Source: a virus (Duplodnaviria; Caudoviricetes). From it: a stretch of DNA of 53,770 bases. The first letter of the stretch is position 1. Each line of letters begins with the position of its first letter. The stretch spans positions 1-53,770 of IMG/VR virus record IMGVR_UViG_3300009684_001705; one strand, written 5' to 3'. A program made the translations under genes and the position numbers. The notes under the pieces are model-generated. The model was given only the letters and a program-made list of their open reading frames with translations, was not told the origin of the DNA and made no database searches. Shown piece after piece: positions 1-6,526 of the stretch.

Positions 1-1
1 A

Positions 2-77
2 TGGTGCTACCTGTCGGATTCGAACTGACGGCCTATGAATTACTAGTTCATTGCTCTACCAACTGAGCTAAGGTAGC
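2..77 (-). tRNA. tRNA-Thr(AGT)
   Basis: Cloverleaf on revcomp; anticodon arm ATGAA-CT AGT AA-TTCAT; G1-C72/C2-G71; encoded CCA. Confidence 0.9.
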
Positions 78-83
78 AAACTT

Positions 84-203
84 TTAAAATACGCTATAAA
101 CAAAATACCCAATGATACCAAGGAAAATAGTATACCCTGACAATAAAGCTAGGTATTCATATGGAGCTGTCTTATTAAAGATCTTAGTCGGTGTCATTTG
201 CAT
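84..203 (-). CDS. small membrane protein (39 aa, not in ORF track)
   Basis: MQMTPTKIFNKTAPYEYLALLSGYTIFLGIIGYFVYSVF; AAAGGA RBS upstream; one hydrophobic segment; fills a tRNA spacer. Confidence 0.65.
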   Translation of the reverse strand: MQMTPTKIFNKTAPYEYLALLSGYTIFLGIIGYFVYSVF

Positions 204-229
204 TTTGGTTTCCTTTGCTGTTATAATAT

Positions 230-307
230 TGGTGCCCTCCCTCGGATTCGAACCGAGAACCTCTTGCTTCTAAGGCAAGCACCTCTAACCAGTTGGGCCA
301 GGAGGGC
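230..307 (-). tRNA. tRNA-Leu(TAG), short variable loop
   Basis: CTTGC-CT TAG AA-GCAAG; T arm CTCGG-TTCGAAT-CCGAG; about 5-nt variable loop; CCA. Confidence 0.85.
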
Positions 308-312
308 AATAG

Positions 313-387
313 TGGAGCGGAGTACAGGATTCGAACCTGCGACGAACAGCTTGGAAGGCTGACACTCTACCACTGAGTTAACTCCGC
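313..387 (-). tRNA. tRNA-Gly(TCC)
   Basis: Cloverleaf, loop CT TCC AA, U73 CCA. Confidence 0.95.
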
Positions 388-395
388 ATAAAAGT

Positions 396-470
396 TGGAG
401 CGGGCAATCGGACTCGAACCGACGACATCTTCGTTGGCAACGAAGTGCTCTACCACTGAGCTATACCCGC
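396..470 (-). tRNA. tRNA-Gly(GCC)
   Basis: CTTCG-TT GCC AA-CGAAG, CCA. Confidence 0.95.
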
Positions 471-475
471 ATAAA

Positions 476-552
476 TGGTGATTGAGGAAGGACTTGAACC
501 CTCAACATCCGGTTTCGAAGACCGGCGCTCTATCCAGTTGAGCTACTCAATC
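476..552 (-). tRNA. tRNA-Arg(TCG)
   Basis: CCGGT-CT TCG AA-ACCGG, CCA. Confidence 0.93.
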
Positions 553-556
553 AATA

Positions 557-631
557 TGGAGGTGCTTCCCAGAGTCGAACTGGGTTCTCAAGGATTTGCA
601 GTCCCGCAACTTACCGTCCGCCCCAAGCACC
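557..631 (-). tRNA. tRNA-Cys(GCA)
   Basis: Loop CT GCA AA, U73 CCA; D arm atypical. Confidence 0.85.
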
Positions 632-645
632 ATAATGTTATTTAT

Positions 646-721
646 TGGATCCGGAGGATGGACTCGAACCACCGACATACAGATTCAGAGTCTGTCGTTC
701 TACCAACTGAACTACTCCGGA
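646..721 (-). tRNA. tRNA-Gln(CTG)
   Basis: ACAGA-CT CTG AA-TCTGT, U1-A72, CCA. Confidence 0.93.
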
Positions 722-727
722 ATAAAA

Positions 728-804
728 TGGCGACCTCGACCGGACTCGAACCGGCGACTTCTAGCGTGACAGGCTAGCACTCTAACCAACTGAGCTACGA
801 GGCC
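728..804 (-). tRNA. tRNA-Asp(GTC)
   Basis: CTAGC-CT GTC AC-GCTAG, G73 CCA. Confidence 0.95.
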
Positions 805-809
805 AAACT

Positions 810-970
810 CGCACTGGTTACTACAATCCAGCTTCACTCTATCGCGGTGAAAGATTAATTGAGATTAAGATCGAATCAGCTAAATGGACTCCAGTGGCCA
901 CACACTATACCCGAAGATGGCGGCTGACTCCACGATCGCCGGCGAAAGAGAGGTTCTCATCTCCCCCCTT
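810..970 (-). ncRNA. candidate structured RNA in tRNA array
   Basis: GC-rich spacer with nested stems CACTGG/CCAGTG, AGTCCA/TGGATT, TTCAC/GTGAA, CGGC/GCCG; no ORF. Confidence 0.45.
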
Positions 971-977
971 TAAATAT

Positions 978-1055
978 TGGAAACGGGAGTGGGATTCGAA
1001 CACCACGATTTTCAGTTTATGAGACTGACGGGAACGACCTCTTCCCTATCCCGCT
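978..1055 (-). tRNA. tRNA with CAT anticodon (Met-like), atypical
   Basis: TCAGT-CT CAT AA-ACTGA; bulged T stem; A1-U72; CCA. Confidence 0.8.
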
Positions 1056-1059
1056 ATAA

Positions 1060-1133
1060 TGGTGCCCCAACGAGGAATCGAACCCCGGACGACTGATTAC
1101 AAAACAGTTGTTATACCATTTAACTATAAGGGC
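1060..1133 (-). tRNA. tRNA-Thr(TGT)
   Basis: Loop TT TGT AA, CCA. Confidence 0.92.
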
Positions 1134-1211
1134 GAATAAGTGATAGTTCCGATATCTCCCATCGTCACTAACAACCGTTGAGTATCAGATGCCCCCGATA
1201 CTGTTTGCCTT

Positions 1212-1287
1212 TGGTGGAGACATGCGGGATCGAACCGCAGACCTTCTGAATGCAAATCAGACGCTCTCCCAACTGAGCTATGTCCCC
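1212..1287 (-). tRNA. tRNA-Ala(TGC)
   Basis: GGGGAC acceptor with G3-U70, TGC anticodon, CCA. Confidence 0.95.
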
Positions 1288-1292
1288 AATAA

Positions 1293-1368
1293 TGGTACCC
1301 GGTGACGGGATTGAACCGCCGACAATCTCCGTGTAAAGGAGGCGCTACTACCGCTGAGCTAACCGGGC
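1293..1368 (-). tRNA. tRNA-Val(TAC)
   Basis: Loop TT TAC AC, CCA. Confidence 0.93.
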
Positions 1369-1376
1369 GAACTAAT

Positions 1377-1513
1377 CTAACATTAAAGATTCACAGTCCT
1401 TAATGTTAGCAACTCTATCCTCGTTGCCTCACTATCACTTGTTCCGCTGATATGGCAGTTGTGAACCTGCTTTCTCAGCCTCACTCAATGAGGGTCCATC
1501 CAACGAAGATGAG
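1377..1513 (-). ncRNA. candidate pseudoknotted ncRNA
   Basis: Five to six stems; loop GTTCACAA complementary to loop CTGTGAA; a G-U pair supports the minus strand. Confidence 0.6.
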
Positions 1514-1519
1514 TTAATT

Positions 1520-1595
1520 TGGCTCCCCGACCAGGGCTCGAACCTGGGACATTCTGATTAACAGTCAGACGCTCTACCAACTGAGCTATCGGGAA
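1520..1595 (-). tRNA. tRNA-Asn(GTT)
   Basis: TCTGA-CT GTT AA-TCAGA, G73 CCA. Confidence 0.95.
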
Positions 1596-1599
1596 AAAC

Positions 1600-3120
1600 T
1601 CATAGTATACTTTTTTTATACCTATCAAGATATTCATTAAATGGTTTTTGTATATCATATCTAAATGGTAAACCTTTTTTACCACTTTCACGAATATCTT
1701 TTATCAATGTTTTAATATCATATCCACTATTATAAAGATATGGCAAAGAAAACGCACCACCAATTCGGTTAGCTCTTTCCATCGTAAAAGTTCTTGATAA
1801 TTCTAAAACTTCTTCATAAGAAGACCATGGACTAGTCCAATTTCTTGGATTATCGTTTGGTAAAACATAGTCTTTAAATGGATCGTTTCTAGATTTATTT
1901 ATCTCGTTTTTATCTTTATTTTTTACATATAAGACAAATGCAGTATATGCATAATGGTCCAGATAATATCTGCCTTCAATACTGTTTAACCACTCATATG
2001 TTTCGATCATATGTGATATTGGTTCTTTGGGCAAACCAGCGATAAACAATCCAGTAAAAATAGCTTCATCTTCAAAAACATCTCTCAATATTTCTAAAGA
2101 TTTTAGAAGCCTAACTTTATCAGTTACTTTACCGATAAATGGTCCTGATTCTTTATATAAACTTTCAATACCGAAATTAGCCCCAATCATACCAGATTCT
2201 TTTAAAAGAATCGCTTGTTCTTTGGTTCGAATAGTATCTAATCTAGCATATCCAGTCCACTTAAAATCAATACCAGTTTTATTCCTGACATCAATTAAGT
2301 ATCTGATTTTCTCGGGTGTATCATTAACGATATTATCAGTTAATGTATAAAAGTCGATATTGAAGTTTTTATGGTTTTCAATAATTTCTTTTTCAAAACT
2401 ATCATATGATCTTGTATATTCGTTTTTCTTTTTTCCTAATGCAGCGTAATCACAAAACGAACAACTGAATATGCATCCAGCAGCAACTTCTGTACATATG
2501 CTTTCGTTAGGAAAAATTTTATCATCTAAAATATATGTCGAAGCACAATCACTAAAATCAAATAAATCATCAGTGCGTAAAATAGGTTTACCGTTAATGA
2601 TACTAATTTCTAATGGTTCTTCATTACATATTTTTTCTATAATATCAGGATTATTACCAATAACAAAATATGTTACATACTTTGATAATAAATCAAAACC
2701 CATAATATCTTTTTTTCTTTTCATGGCAATAGAAGTTATTTCCCAGCCACCCAGAATATATTTGAAATTATTCGCTTCACATATTTTTCCTATGTTCAAC
2801 AGGAACAGTATGGTTTTTAATCCCCATACTCTAGTTATGTCTTCAAATTCTTTTGATGGAAGTTTAAACTTTTTATTTTTTCTATCGACACCAGCAAGAA
2901 AAGAAGTGCTAACACAAATAAGAATTTCTTCATTATTAGAAAAATCAGAAACAATTTTATTAAGTTCATCATAAGAAAAATTAGTGCAATGGTGTATCTG
3001 TTTTACTTCAAAGTTTTTTTTACGTAAAGCATATGCAATTCTTGAAATAGATGCGCTTTTAAGCGGCATAGATTCTAGAGTTTTAAAATCGCCAAATATC
3101 AATATCTTTTTAATCATCAT
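1600..3120 (-). CDS. radical SAM protein with probable N-terminal B12-binding-like domain
   Basis: CIFSCSFC (CxxxCxxC), TDN, YARLD, FGIESL, IAGLP motifs; about 200-aa N-terminal domain. Confidence 0.85.
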   Translation of the reverse strand: MMIKKILIFGDFKTLESMPLKSASISRIAYALRKKNFEVKQIHHCTNFSYDELNKIVSDFSNNEEILICVSTSFLAGVDRKNKKFKLPSKEFEDITRVWGLKTILFLLNIGKICEANNFKYILGGWEITSIAMKRKKDIMGFDLLSKYVTYFVIGNNPDIIEKICNEEPLEISIINGKPILRTDDLFDFSDCASTYILDDKIFPNESICTEVAAGCIFSCSFCDYAALGKKKNEYTRSYDSFEKEIIENHKNFNIDFYTLTDNIVNDTPEKIRYLIDVRNKTGIDFKWTGYARLDTIRTKEQAILLKESGMIGANFGIESLYKESGPFIGKVTDKVRLLKSLEILRDVFEDEAIFTGLFIAGLPKEPISHMIETYEWLNSIEGRYYLDHYAYTAFVLYVKNKDKNEINKSRNDPFKDYVLPNDNPRNWTSPWSSYEEVLELSRTFTMERANRIGGAFSLPYLYNSGYDIKTLIKDIRESGKKGLPFRYDIQKPFNEYLDRYKKSIL

Positions 3121-3152
3121 ATTATCCTGTTTTTATTATTTAGCAGGATTTT

Positions 3153-3228
3153 TGGTGAACCATGAAAGATTCGAACTTTCGACAAAGAGATTAAGAGTCT
3201 CCTGCTCTACCAGCTGAGCTAATGGTCC
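3153..3228 (-). tRNA. tRNA-Lys(CTT)
   Basis: GAGA-CT CTT AA-TCTC, CCA. Confidence 0.93.
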
Positions 3229-3236
3229 GTAAAGAT

Positions 3237-3309
3237 TTGCCGTATAGGATTTGCACCTATCTCTCACCCGACTCCGCAGATGTGTCCTAACTTATAGACG
3301 AACGGCAAA
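3237..3309 (-). ncRNA. tRNA-like RNA / pseudo-tRNA related to tRNA-Glu
   Basis: Cloverleaf with TTGCCGT/ACGGCAA acceptor, Glu-like D arm, T arm ATAGG-TGCAAAT-CCTAT, non-canonical anticodon arm, no CCA. Confidence 0.7.
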
Positions 3310-3312
3310 AAT

Positions 3313-3387
3313 TGGTAGGGCGTAGGAGAGTCGAACTCCTCTAACAGGAATGAAAATCCTGGATCCTAACCGATAGACGAACGCCCC
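3313..3387 (-). tRNA. tRNA-Glu(TTC)
   Basis: CAGGA-TT TTC AT-TCCTG, CCA. Confidence 0.93.
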
Positions 3388-3394
3388 AAATAGC

Positions 3395-3508
3395 TCCGGT
3401 CACTATCGTAGTCCGGCAACGGATGGTTATTTAAGTGTCTCTCATTGATGCTGCAGCTTGAGAGAGAATCATTTACCATCACCCTAGTCTGTTTCAACAC
3501 TAAAGGGC
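3395..3508 (-). ncRNA. candidate three-hairpin RNA
   Basis: Stems CCCT..AGT/ACTAGGG, GATGGT..TCTCTCA/TGAGAGA..ACCATC, CCGG/CCGG. Confidence 0.45.
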
Positions 3509-3514
3509 ACGTAT

Positions 3515-3604
3515 TGGCGGAAGAGGTAGGATTCGAACCCACGGTACCTTGCGGTACGTCGCATTTCAAGTGCGGTGCCTTAAACCAGACTCGGCCACTC
3601 TTCC
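3515..3604 (-). tRNA. tRNA-Ser(TGA)
   Basis: Long variable arm GTACC-GCAA-GGTAC, TGA anticodon, G73 CCA. Confidence 0.95.
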
Positions 3605-3611
3605 GTATATT

Positions 3612-3688
<77 letters not shown>

Positions 3689-3693
3689 ATTAT

Positions 3694-3768
3694 TGGTTGG
3701 CGCAGAAGGTAACGATCCTTCCACCCCTGTCTTATCAGGACAGTGCTCTTCCTCTGAGCTATGCGCCA
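3694..3768 (-). tRNA. tRNA-Ile(GAT)
   Basis: CTGTC-CT GAT AA-GACAG; variant T loop ATCGTTA; CCA. Confidence 0.88.
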
Positions 3769-3774
3769 GTATAA

Positions 3775-3850
3775 TGGTGGACACTCTGGGACTCGAACCC
3801 AGGACCATCAGATTAAAAGTCCGATGCTCTACCAACTGAGCTAAGTGTCC
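3775..3850 (-). tRNA. tRNA-Lys(TTT)
   Basis: Loop CT TTT AA, CCA. Confidence 0.95.
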
Positions 3851-3854
3851 AATC

Positions 3855-3948
3855 TGTTTCTACAAAGATACACCTAATCCCTCACCTTCAGGAGCCTCTT
3901 ACGAGTCGGTCCCGATGTATCTATGAAGAAACAACTTTCGTTGTTTCT
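3855..3948 (-). ncRNA. structured leader / candidate ncRNA ahead of first tRNA
   Basis: Long stem TGTTTCT..AGATACA/TGTATCT..AGAAACA enclosing CTC-GTAA-GAG; overlapping GAAACAAC-GAAA-GTTGTTTC hairpin. Confidence 0.5.
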
Positions 3949-3957
3949 AGGTTTAAA

Positions 3958-3970
3958 TTGTCAAACAGCG
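3958..3970 (-). promoter_or_regulatory. boxA-like antitermination element
   Basis: CGCTGTTTGACAA just downstream of the tRNA-array promoter; resembles rrn boxA TGCTCTTTAACAA. Confidence 0.55.
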
Positions 3971-3986
3971 CCGATTTAGTATCACC

Positions 3987-4025
3987 ATTATACCCTAGAT
4001 AGAAACCTAAGTCAACAGTTATTTT
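3987..4025 (-). promoter_or_regulatory. sigma70-type promoter of tRNA array
   Basis: AAAATAACTG-TTGACT-17 nt-TATAAT. Confidence 0.85.
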
Positions 4026-4032
4026 AACAAAG

Positions 4033-4060
4033 AAAAAGGCGGGAACTTTTCAGCCCCGCC
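4033..4060 (-). terminator. intrinsic terminator
   Basis: GGCGGGG..CCCGCC hairpin followed by T run. Confidence 0.8.
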
Positions 4061-4085
4061 TCTAAAATTCCTGATTTAGGAACCT

Positions 4086-4343
4086 TTAGACGAGACCAGC
4101 CGCAAGAGCCTTATATCCTGCAGCAATAACTTTACGAGATGGTGTGCCGAATGAATATTTATTCGTAACACGTCCCTTAGTATCTGTGTGTTTATTACAG
4201 TAGATAGAGTAACCCTCCATACGTAGCTGGTAAACAGCATCGTGTGGATTAGCAATATTATATCGTGCAGAAATCTGCTTAGCAGTGAGCTTTTCACCGT
4301 TAAGTACTAGAGCAGTATGCAGCTTTTCAAATTGGGTTGTCAT
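4086..4343 (-). CDS. small winged-HTH DNA-binding protein
   Basis: LTAKQISARYNIANPHDAVYQLRMEGYSI helix-turn-helix pattern; GGAG RBS. Confidence 0.7.
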   Translation of the reverse strand: MTTQFEKLHTALVLNGEKLTAKQISARYNIANPHDAVYQLRMEGYSIYCNKHTDTKGRVTNKYSFGTPSRKVIAAGYKALAAGLV

Positions 4344-4371
4344 TAGATTCTCCTGATTAAATTATTTAGTA

Positions 4372-4410
4372 AGTATACTACAATTTTTAACGAAAGTCAA
4401 CAGTTATTTT
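4372..4410 (-). promoter_or_regulatory. sigma70-type promoter
   Basis: AAAATAACTG-TTGACT-17 nt-TATACT; same 16-nt upstream motif as the tRNA promoter. Confidence 0.8.
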
Positions 4411-4583
4411 CACAAAATGTCAATAATTCGTCCATTCATATCCACACAGCGAACTCGCTGTCCAGGAAACTGGGAGGCAAGAGAATGCATCCCAGAGTAG
4501 ATCATTTGGGAGTTGCTCAATGTAACTTGATACGTACGCCAGTTACCAGTCGTATCCTGAAGCTGAATTTGCACCTGATCCAT
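4410..4583 (-). CDS. hypothetical protein (57 aa)
   Basis: ORF; GAGG RBS before MDQVQIQ. Confidence 0.65.
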   Translation of the reverse strand: MDQVQIQLQDTTGNWRTYQVTLSNSQMIYSGMHSLASQFPGQRVRCVDMNGRIIDIL

Positions 4584-4584
4584 A

Positions 4585-4998
4585 TTAACCTCTCCTAGAC
4601 TTTGAGCCGACCTGTGTAAGATCTTCACCAGGAGTCGCATACTGCAATCCGCCTTTATTGAACAGAGGCATCACACGGCTCGCCTTCATAAGGATTTCCT
4701 TACGAACGTTTTCTGGTTCCTTATGGAGGTTGGTCATAATGTCACGTTTTAGACAGGAAGCAGCGTTGCCGCTCATCCCGGATGATTCGTAATCATTACC
4801 CTCAACAACCATAGTCTCATTATACCTTTTTTTCCATCCTACGTCAACAGTTTTCTTTGCCCTGATTTGATCAGGATGTACACCATTTTTACGTAGCCAG
4901 AGATCGTGTTTCGATACCTGGCCAGTCACCTTCGACTTACTCTTACGTTGTCTAAGATTCGTGGTCGTGTAATAGGCGGGAAGGATCTGTGTTGACAT
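4585..4998 (-). CDS. hypothetical protein
   Basis: ORF with GAGGAG RBS and upstream promoter. Confidence 0.75.
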   Translation of the reverse strand: MSTQILPAYYTTTNLRQRKSKSKVTGQVSKHDLWLRKNGVHPDQIRAKKTVDVGWKKRYNETMVVEGNDYESSGMSGNAASCLKRDIMTNLHKEPENVRKEILMKASRVMPLFNKGGLQYATPGEDLTQVGSKSRRG

Positions 4999-5023
4999 AG
5001 TGTTCTCCTCAAGCTTATAACCA

Positions 5024-5051
5024 ATTATACCCTATCAGAGGAAAAAGTCAA
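5024..5051 (-). promoter_or_regulatory. sigma70-type promoter
   Basis: TTGACT-16 nt-TATAAT. Confidence 0.7.
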
Positions 5052-5290
5052 GCGATTTTTTTGATTTCAGAGTCGATTTCTTCCTCGTCGATCACCTCTA
5101 CGACGAAATCGTAGAGGGCTTCTCGGAGAAGATTCTTGGCCGGGAGATATCTATCGGCCTTAATACGTTCCATGTGTCTATAGTTAGAGTACTTCTCTTC
5201 CTCCCACATATCATCTCGGGCATCAATCATCTCTTCAAGAGCTGTGATAAATTTATCAATATTCTCTATTGGTAGCTTGGATTTCTTCAT
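5048..5290 (-). CDS. hypothetical protein
   Basis: ORF in co-directional string; start refined to MKKSK. Confidence 0.65.
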   Translation of the reverse strand: MKKSKLPIENIDKFITALEEMIDARDDMWEEEKYSNYRHMERIKADRYLPAKNLLREALYDFVVEVIDEEEIDSEIKKIA

Positions 5291-5621
5291 TACGATCTTC
5301 CATGTCTTCGACCAAGATATACTTGGCATCCTTGTCGAATTGAGCATAAGCATCAAGTAGACGGCGAGCTTTCATTAGTCTATTAATAACGCTATTGATA
5401 GTCTTATGTACTACAGGATCGTTATGATTGTCCTGTAAATCCATTAATGCAGCATCTAAATTTGAATCCACTGAATAATCAATATGATACTTCATTACCG
5501 AGCCGTCTTTATCCATTTTCTCTTCTAAAATTAGAGGAGGAAACAGTATAGTTTTAATCTCTTCAAGTCTTTCGTCTGAAGGAGTCCAAGTCTGTTTCAC
5601 AATTTTCCATGGCATTTTCAT
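5256..5621 (-). CDS. hypothetical protein
   Basis: ORF; GGAG RBS before MKMPW. Confidence 0.7.
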   Translation of the reverse strand: MKMPWKIVKQTWTPSDERLEEIKTILFPPLILEEKMDKDGSVMKYHIDYSVDSNLDAALMDLQDNHNDPVVHKTINSVINRLMKARRLLDAYAQFDKDAKYILVEDMEDRNEEIQATNREY

Positions 5622-5751
5622 TACAAATAATACTCCCTTGCGTTTTTTCAGCAATTAATATAGTTACAACAACGTCAGGAGACTTCTTTTTTCTCCGAAA
5701 TGTTTTACGAATTTCGTCGATATCTCGTTCAATCTCCTGACAGTTTTTCAT
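5563..5751 (-). CDS. possible small hypothetical protein
   Basis: ATGA overlap with regA stop; overlaps next ORF. Confidence 0.35.
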   Translation of the reverse strand: MKNCQEIERDIDEIRKTFRRKKKSPDVVVTILIAEKTQGSIICNENAMENCETDLDSFRRKT

Positions 5752-6149
5752 TTCTTCTTACGCCCCATGTTATACTTAGCCTCTAGGGTCCATTCATTCT
5801 TTTCTTTATGATTAATGATCTTAATCTGACTCATAGATGCCAGCGGATCTTTAATTTTTTCAGAGTCAACGACCTTTAACAGTCCCCAATCCTGGAGCAA
5901 ATCAATAATTTTATTACGTCGTCCGATATCTTCATCGGAGAAATTAGAAGGTTTACCGTCAATTGCAAACATTTCCTTAAAGTGGACAATATAATATTTG
6001 CCTTGCTTATGAAAAATGTGGCAGGACTGATAGAGTTTTTTTTCTTTTCGGGAAGCAACCCCGATCCTTGTAAGAGTTTCTTTAATTTTAAGAAAGTCTT
6101 CTTCTTCTGCTATCCTCACCTCAATTAAAGTTTCCAGAATGTCATTCAT
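5748..6149 (-). CDS. regA: translational repressor RegA
   Basis: DFLKIKETLTRIGVASRKEKKLYQSCHI...YYIVHFKE signature; position after gp62. Confidence 0.97.
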   Translation of the reverse strand: MNDILETLIEVRIAEEEDFLKIKETLTRIGVASRKEKKLYQSCHIFHKQGKYYIVHFKEMFAIDGKPSNFSDEDIGRRNKIIDLLQDWGLLKVVDSEKIKDPLASMSQIKIINHKEKNEWTLEAKYNMGRKKK

Positions 6150-6526
6150 TTAATCCCACCCTTATCCAGTTTTTCTTTTATGGTTTTAACATTTTCTTCT
6201 GTAAGAATGGATAAAGCTACTTTGGCTTTCTGGTAATTATAACCAAAATACTGTTGGATTGCTTCAATATCCGTATCTTCCTTACGCTTCGCCCACTTAG
6301 ACTTTTTACGGGCTTTCGGGCGTATTGTATTTATTAAATATTGAAACTGAAGTTTATGGTCAAGGTGGTGGTTGGTATTCATCTCCTGGGCGTAAAGGAT
6401 AGTATCCGGGTGATATGACAGTGCACGATTTGTAAGAAAAGGAACATATGCTTTTTCCGATATTTCGTCGACTATCAAATTTTCTTTAGTTTTAAGAATA
6501 GAATCGACATAATCGAAAGGGTTCAC
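6146..6526 (-). CDS. gp62: clamp loader small subunit
   Basis: NPFDYV..YVPFLTNRALS..YFGYN; GTGA overlap with gp44 stop. Confidence 0.92.
   Translation of the reverse strand: MNPFDYVDSILKTKENLIVDEISEKAYVPFLTNRALSYHPDTILYAQEMNTNHHLDHKLQFQYLINTIRPKARKKSKWAKRKEDTDIEAIQQYFGYNYQKAKVALSILTEENVKTIKEKLDKGGIK

Noticed and set aside
2-307. Possible amber suppressor or recoding signal (CTAG/TAG in anticodon loops)
   Set aside because: Stem registers give anticodons AGT and TAG, not CTA. Conserved genes read normally in the standard code, with TAG used as a stop.
475-777. Plus-strand 100-aa ORF, and similar ORFs at 3366-3839 and 1485-1691
   Set aside because: They are translations of tRNA genes or their antisense strand.
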